DNA of 64,000 nucleotides from contig JALOAJ010000009.1 of NCBI GenBank assembly GCA_023228885.1, positions 182 through 64,181 of the forward strand, written 5' to 3'. Below are positions 60,771-64,000 of the stretch, one piece after another (positions within the stretch are counted from its first letter, which is position 1; every line of letters starts with the position of its first letter). The notes below the pieces were generated by a model. That model was not told the DNA's origin. It saw only the letters and a program-made list of their open reading frames with translations, and ran no database searches. The DNA is from Bacillota bacterium (GTDB lineage Bacteria; Bacillota; Clostridia; Monoglobales; Firm-18). The position numbers were made by a program, and so were the translations under genes.

Positions 60771-60813
60771 AGTCAATATATGTATTGACTTATAACCGAT
60801 TATTGATTATAAT
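60771..60813 (+). promoter_or_regulatory. Near-consensus sigma-A promoter (TTGACT, 17 nt, TATAAT) with a palindrome over the -35 box
   Basis: TTGACT at 60785-60790, a 17-nt spacer, and TATAAT at 60808-60813. RBS AAGGGGG and ATG 60835 follow. AGTCAATA-TATG-TATTGACT (60771-60790) is a perfect 8-bp inverted repeat. Confidence 0.7.
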
Positions 60814-60834
60814 ATATCCAAGGGGGAATTAGCT

Positions 60835-61191
60835 ATGAAGATTGTTGGAGAACGCTTACGTTCATTACGAGAGGGCATAAAACTTTCACAAGCAAAGCTA
60901 GCAAAATTAATTGGCACAACTCAGGCAAGTGTCAACAGATATGAAGCATTGGCATCTGAACCGCCTTTAAAAACACTTTTATGGTATGCAGACCATTTTG
61001 ATGTTTCTATGGACTATATTTTTGGCAGAACGGGCAAACCTCAGGGAAAGTTATATGAGTATAAACCCAAAATAGTAAATAGCGAAGAAATGCAACAGTT
61101 TATCGAGATGTGTTTTGACCCGAATTCGCCGATGAATGAGAGGTTAAAGCAGACCTTAATTGAAATGATGGGGGAGGCTGAAAGCAAATGA
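60835..61191 (+). CDS. XRE-family HTH transcriptional regulator
   Basis: LRSLREGIKLSQAKLAKLIGTTQASVNRYE is a classic Cro/C1-type HTH. The stop overlaps the recombinase start (ATGA). Confidence 0.9.
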   Translation: MKIVGERLRSLREGIKLSQAKLAKLIGTTQASVNRYEALASEPPLKTLLWYADHFDVSMDYIFGRTGKPQGKLYEYKPKIVNSEEMQQFIEMCFDPNSPMNERLKQTLIEMMGEAESK

Positions 61192-62759
61192 AAGCTGTAA
61201 TCTACGCACGATATTCTTCCGATAACCAAAGAGAGGAATCAATTGAGGGGCAATTGCGTGAGTGCAGTGAATTTGCACAGCGCAAGGGTTATACAATCAT
61301 TAAAACTTATGCAGACAGGGCTATATCGGGTAAAAAAGCGGATAACCGCCCCGAGTTTATGCAGATGATAGCCGACAGCAAGCAAAAAATGTTTGATGTG
61401 GTTATCGTTTGGAAAATTGACCGTTTTTCGCGGGATAAGTATGACAGCGTTTATTACAAAAATGCACTCAAAAAGAACGGGGTCAGTGTTATTTCTGCTA
61501 CCGAGCCAATTGATGATAGCCCCGAAGGTCAGCTTATGGAAAGCATTTTCGAGGGTTTTTCTGTTTATTATATTAAAGACCTATCTGCAAAGGTTAGCCG
61601 AGGAATGACAGAAAATGCGTTAAAATGCAAATTCAATGGTGGAACAATGACTTTTGGGTATGTAATAGATGAAAATAGACACTTTCAGCCTGACCCTGTA
61701 AATGCCTTGATTGTTGCAGATATTTTTATGCGTTATGCAGGCGGTGAAAGTACAAAAAGTATTTTAAGTTCATTAACAGCACAAGGTATTAAGAACAGCC
61801 AAGGAAGACCTGTTACATATAGCTTTATTACAAATATGCTGAAAAACAGACGATATTTAGGTGAATACCGTTTCAGGGATACGGTTATTAAAGAGGCTTT
61901 TACACCACTTATAGACCTTGAAACTTTTGAAAAGTGCCAAAGACGATTGGTGGCAAATCAGCGCAAGCCTGCACATTTTAAGACTGTTGAGGACAAATAT
62001 CTTTTGACTGGTAAAATCTTTTGCGGTCATTGTGGCAGTACCATGTCGGGCGTGAGCGGTACAAGCAGTACAGGTACAAAACACCGTTACTACCATTGTT
62101 ATGTTGCGAAAAACAAAAAGACTTGTGATAAAAAACGTATTTCCAAGTCATTTATTGAAACAGTAGTTGTAGGTTATACGATGCAAATGCTAAACGATAC
62201 ACGAATCGTCAATCAAATTGTAGATAATTGCTTCAAGTTGCAGACAAAAGAAAATGCCAGTCTTCCTGCAATGGAAAGCAGGCTTACCCAAACCCAAAAA
62301 GAGATTGACAATGTGATGAATGCCATTAAGCAGGGGATTATTACATCCTCAACTAAATCAACTCTTGAACAGCTGGAGCAGGAAAAGGAAAATCTTGAAA
62401 TTGCTATCGCTAAGGAACAAATTGAGCGTCCTATTTTGAGTAAAGAGCAAATCAAATATTGGATATGCAAATTCAAGTTTACAAATGCGGATATTGAAGA
62501 ACAGAAAAAGCAGCTAATAGAAGTCTTTATTAACGCAATCTATGTCTATGACGATAAAGTGTTAGTGACATTCAACTATAAGGATGGCGAGATATGTGCT
62601 ACATTTGACGATATAAACGAAATGCTTACACAAAAGGAAAACGCCGACAATCGCAAGGATTATCAGCGTTCGCCTTTGAACAAGTTTGGTGAACCGTTTG
62701 CTTCTAAATCCGAACTATTTATCTCTTCAAGCGTAATGTTCTTTGTGCCATCCTTGTAA
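61188..62759 (+). CDS. Large serine recombinase (resolvase domain, recombinase domain, zinc ribbon, coiled coil)
   Basis: KAVIYARYSSDNQREESIEGQ (catalytic Ser region), VVIVWKIDRFSRD, CGHCGSTMSG...YYHCYVAKNKKTCDKK (Zn ribbon). The last 97 nt overlap the convergent recombinase gene. Confidence 0.9.
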   Translation: MKAVIYARYSSDNQREESIEGQLRECSEFAQRKGYTIIKTYADRAISGKKADNRPEFMQMIADSKQKMFDVVIVWKIDRFSRDKYDSVYYKNALKKNGVSVISATEPIDDSPEGQLMESIFEGFSVYYIKDLSAKVSRGMTENALKCKFNGGTMTFGYVIDENRHFQPDPVNALIVADIFMRYAGGESTKSILSSLTAQGIKNSQGRPVTYSFITNMLKNRRYLGEYRFRDTVIKEAFTPLIDLETFEKCQRRLVANQRKPAHFKTVEDKYLLTGKIFCGHCGSTMSGVSGTSSTGTKHRYYHCYVAKNKKTCDKKRISKSFIETVVVGYTMQMLNDTRIVNQIVDNCFKLQTKENASLPAMESRLTQTQKEIDNVMNAIKQGIITSSTKSTLEQLEQEKENLEIAIAKEQIERPILSKEQIKYWICKFKFTNADIEEQKKQLIEVFINAIYVYDDKVLVTFNYKDGEICATFDDINEMLTQKENADNRKDYQRSPLNKFGEPFASKSELFISSSVMFFVPSL

Positions 62760-64000
62760 TTAAAGGTAATCAGCACCTTATCATCATAGAGATATATGCT
62801 GTTTACAAAAATATCTACGATATTTTTTCTATACTGTGGATCATCAATATTTCCTTCTTTGAATTGGCTAATCCAAAATATGATTTGTTCTTTTGTAATA
62901 ATAGGCTTTTCTATTTTTTCCTGTGCAATACTTATCTCTAAATCAGTTTTTTGGACTTCTAACTCATCTAAACGTTTCTTTGTTGAAGAAGTAATGATGC
63001 CTTGTTCAATAGCAGTTATAATATTTTTAATCCTTTTCTCAATATCCCTCATCTGTTTTTGAAGAAGCGGTAAAACCGTATTTTCCTTATGCTGTAAATC
63101 TACAAGTAAATCAGCAAGATGTTCAATAACCTTTTTCTTAAAAATAAAACTCTTTGTTTCCGCAACCACTAAATGCTCAATATAATCTTTCTTGACCGAT
63201 TTCTTCTTACATGATCTGTATTTTTTAGCATTAGCACATTTATAATAATGATGAGTGTTACCCGAATATCCCGTTCCACTTTCGCCAACCATCAATGCAC
63301 CGCACTTCCCGCAAAACAATTTAGTTGTAAGTATGTAATCAGCTTTTGCTTTTTTCATCGCAGGAGCCTTTTTATTTCGTGCATTACGTTCTTGTACCTT
63401 ATCAAATAATTCTTGCGAAACAATAGGCGGAATACTGTCGGGGTGTATAATTCCATTGTAATGATATTCGCCAATATACCTTCTGTTTTTTAAAATATGA
63501 TGCAAACTACTCTTATTAAACTCCGAGCCTGTGGAAGATTTTAAACCACGAACATTCAACGAGTTTGTTATCTCGGTAACGGTTTCACCATCTGCATATC
63601 TAGTGTATATTTCTTGAACAATTGGTGCTGTAAATGGATTAATGATATAGTTTTTATCATCGTCAATTACATATCCCAATGGTATCGTTCCGCCATTGTA
63701 TTTTCCCTTCAAAGCATTTTCGGTCATACCTCTCAATACTTTTTCAGATAATTCAGCAGAATAATACTCCGCCATACCTTCTAACAAAGATTCCAAAAGT
63801 ATCCCTTCTGGTTTGTCGGATATATTTTCTGTCACTGATAAGACACGAACATTATTTTTTCTTAAAATTATTTTATTAAGAACTGAATCTTCACGATTTC
63901 GTGCAAAACGGTCTAACTTATACAAAAGTAAAATTTCAAATTGACCATTTTTACTATCTCGAATCATTTTTTGAAATTCAGGTCTGTCATCATTACGCCC
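62663..64000 (-). CDS. Second large serine recombinase, convergent, with its 5' end beyond the window
   Basis: The frame is open to nt 64000 and reads GRNDDRPEFQKMIRDSKNGQFEILLLYKLDRFARN, so the catalytic Ser region lies outside the window. CGKCGALMVG...YYKCANAKKYRSCKKK is the Zn ribbon. It is a paralog of 61188..62759 (IYLYDDKVLITFNYKDG versus IYVYDDKVLVTFNYKDG). Confidence 0.9.
   Translation of the reverse strand, partial: GRNDDRPEFQKMIRDSKNGQFEILLLYKLDRFARNREDSVLNKIILRKNNVRVLSVTENISDKPEGILLESLLEGMAEYYSAELSEKVLRGMTENALKGKYNGGTIPLGYVIDDDKNYIINPFTAPIVQEIYTRYADGETVTEITNSLNVRGLKSSTGSEFNKSSLHHILKNRRYIGEYHYNGIIHPDSIPPIVSQELFDKVQERNARNKKAPAMKKAKADYILTTKLFCGKCGALMVGESGTGYSGNTHHYYKCANAKKYRSCKKKSVKKDYIEHLVVAETKSFIFKKKVIEHLADLLVDLQHKENTVLPLLQKQMRDIEKRIKNIITAIEQGIITSSTKKRLDELEVQKTDLEISIAQEKIEKPIITKEQIIFWISQFKEGNIDDPQYRKNIVDIFVNSIYLYDDKVLITFNYKDGTKNITLEEINSSDLEANGSPNLFKGER

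Larger units (their letters stand above)
51947..62759. mobile_element. Putative ~10.8-kb integrative element bounded on the right by a large serine recombinase (boundaries tentative)
   Basis: AT-rich block with mobile-element gene content: XRE coupled to a serine recombinase, a TnpV-like protein, an RHH protein and a cargo surface protein. Related sequences occur at 51947-51979 and 62668-62720 (see findings). Confidence 0.5.

Overview
This 64-kb window comes from a low-GC Gram-positive genome that looks like Clostridia: it has SLH cell-wall anchors, lipoprotein solute-binding proteins and GGAGG-type RBSs. No rRNA, tRNA or CRISPR array was seen.

Nt 1-51,500 is a dense glycan-utilisation island in four blocks.
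(i) + strand, 0-10.3 kb: a jelly-roll/Ig surface protein and a PL8 polysaccharide lyase carrying an inserted discoidin domain. These are followed by a cytoplasmic set of an FAD-oxidoreductase, a TolB-like propeller and a Gfo/Idh/MocA oxidoreductase.
(ii) - strand, 12.4-31.8 kb, and (iii) - strand, 33.3-46.7 kb: two paralogous mega-operons. Each starts with an SLH-anchored protein translationally coupled (ATGA) to a large beta-rich surface protein. CBM-rich enzymes follow (GH28-like beta-helix proteins, a SASA-type esterase), then LplA-type binding lipoproteins (with LplBC-type permeases in block ii) and a membrane-spanning AraC one-component regulator.
(iv) + strand, 47.0-51.5 kb: a URO-D-like protein, two permeases and a double-discoidin protein.

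No ABC ATPase is present anywhere in the window. A 1.5-kb gene graveyard separates (ii) and (iii). It holds an ANT(6) aminoglycoside nucleotidyltransferase fragment, an IS110 transposase fragment and other relics.

Nt ~51,950-62,760 is an AT-rich accessory block that reads as a serine-recombinase-borne integrative element. It carries an XRE regulator coupled to the recombinase, a TnpV-like protein, an RHH protein, a 1,945-aa GLUG-repeat surface protein with seven near-identical 99-bp tandem repeats, and a 3-TM protein. A second, convergent large serine recombinase is cut by the window end and overlaps the first by 97 nt.

All family assignments come from motifs read by eye and from memory of the families. 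No searches were run.
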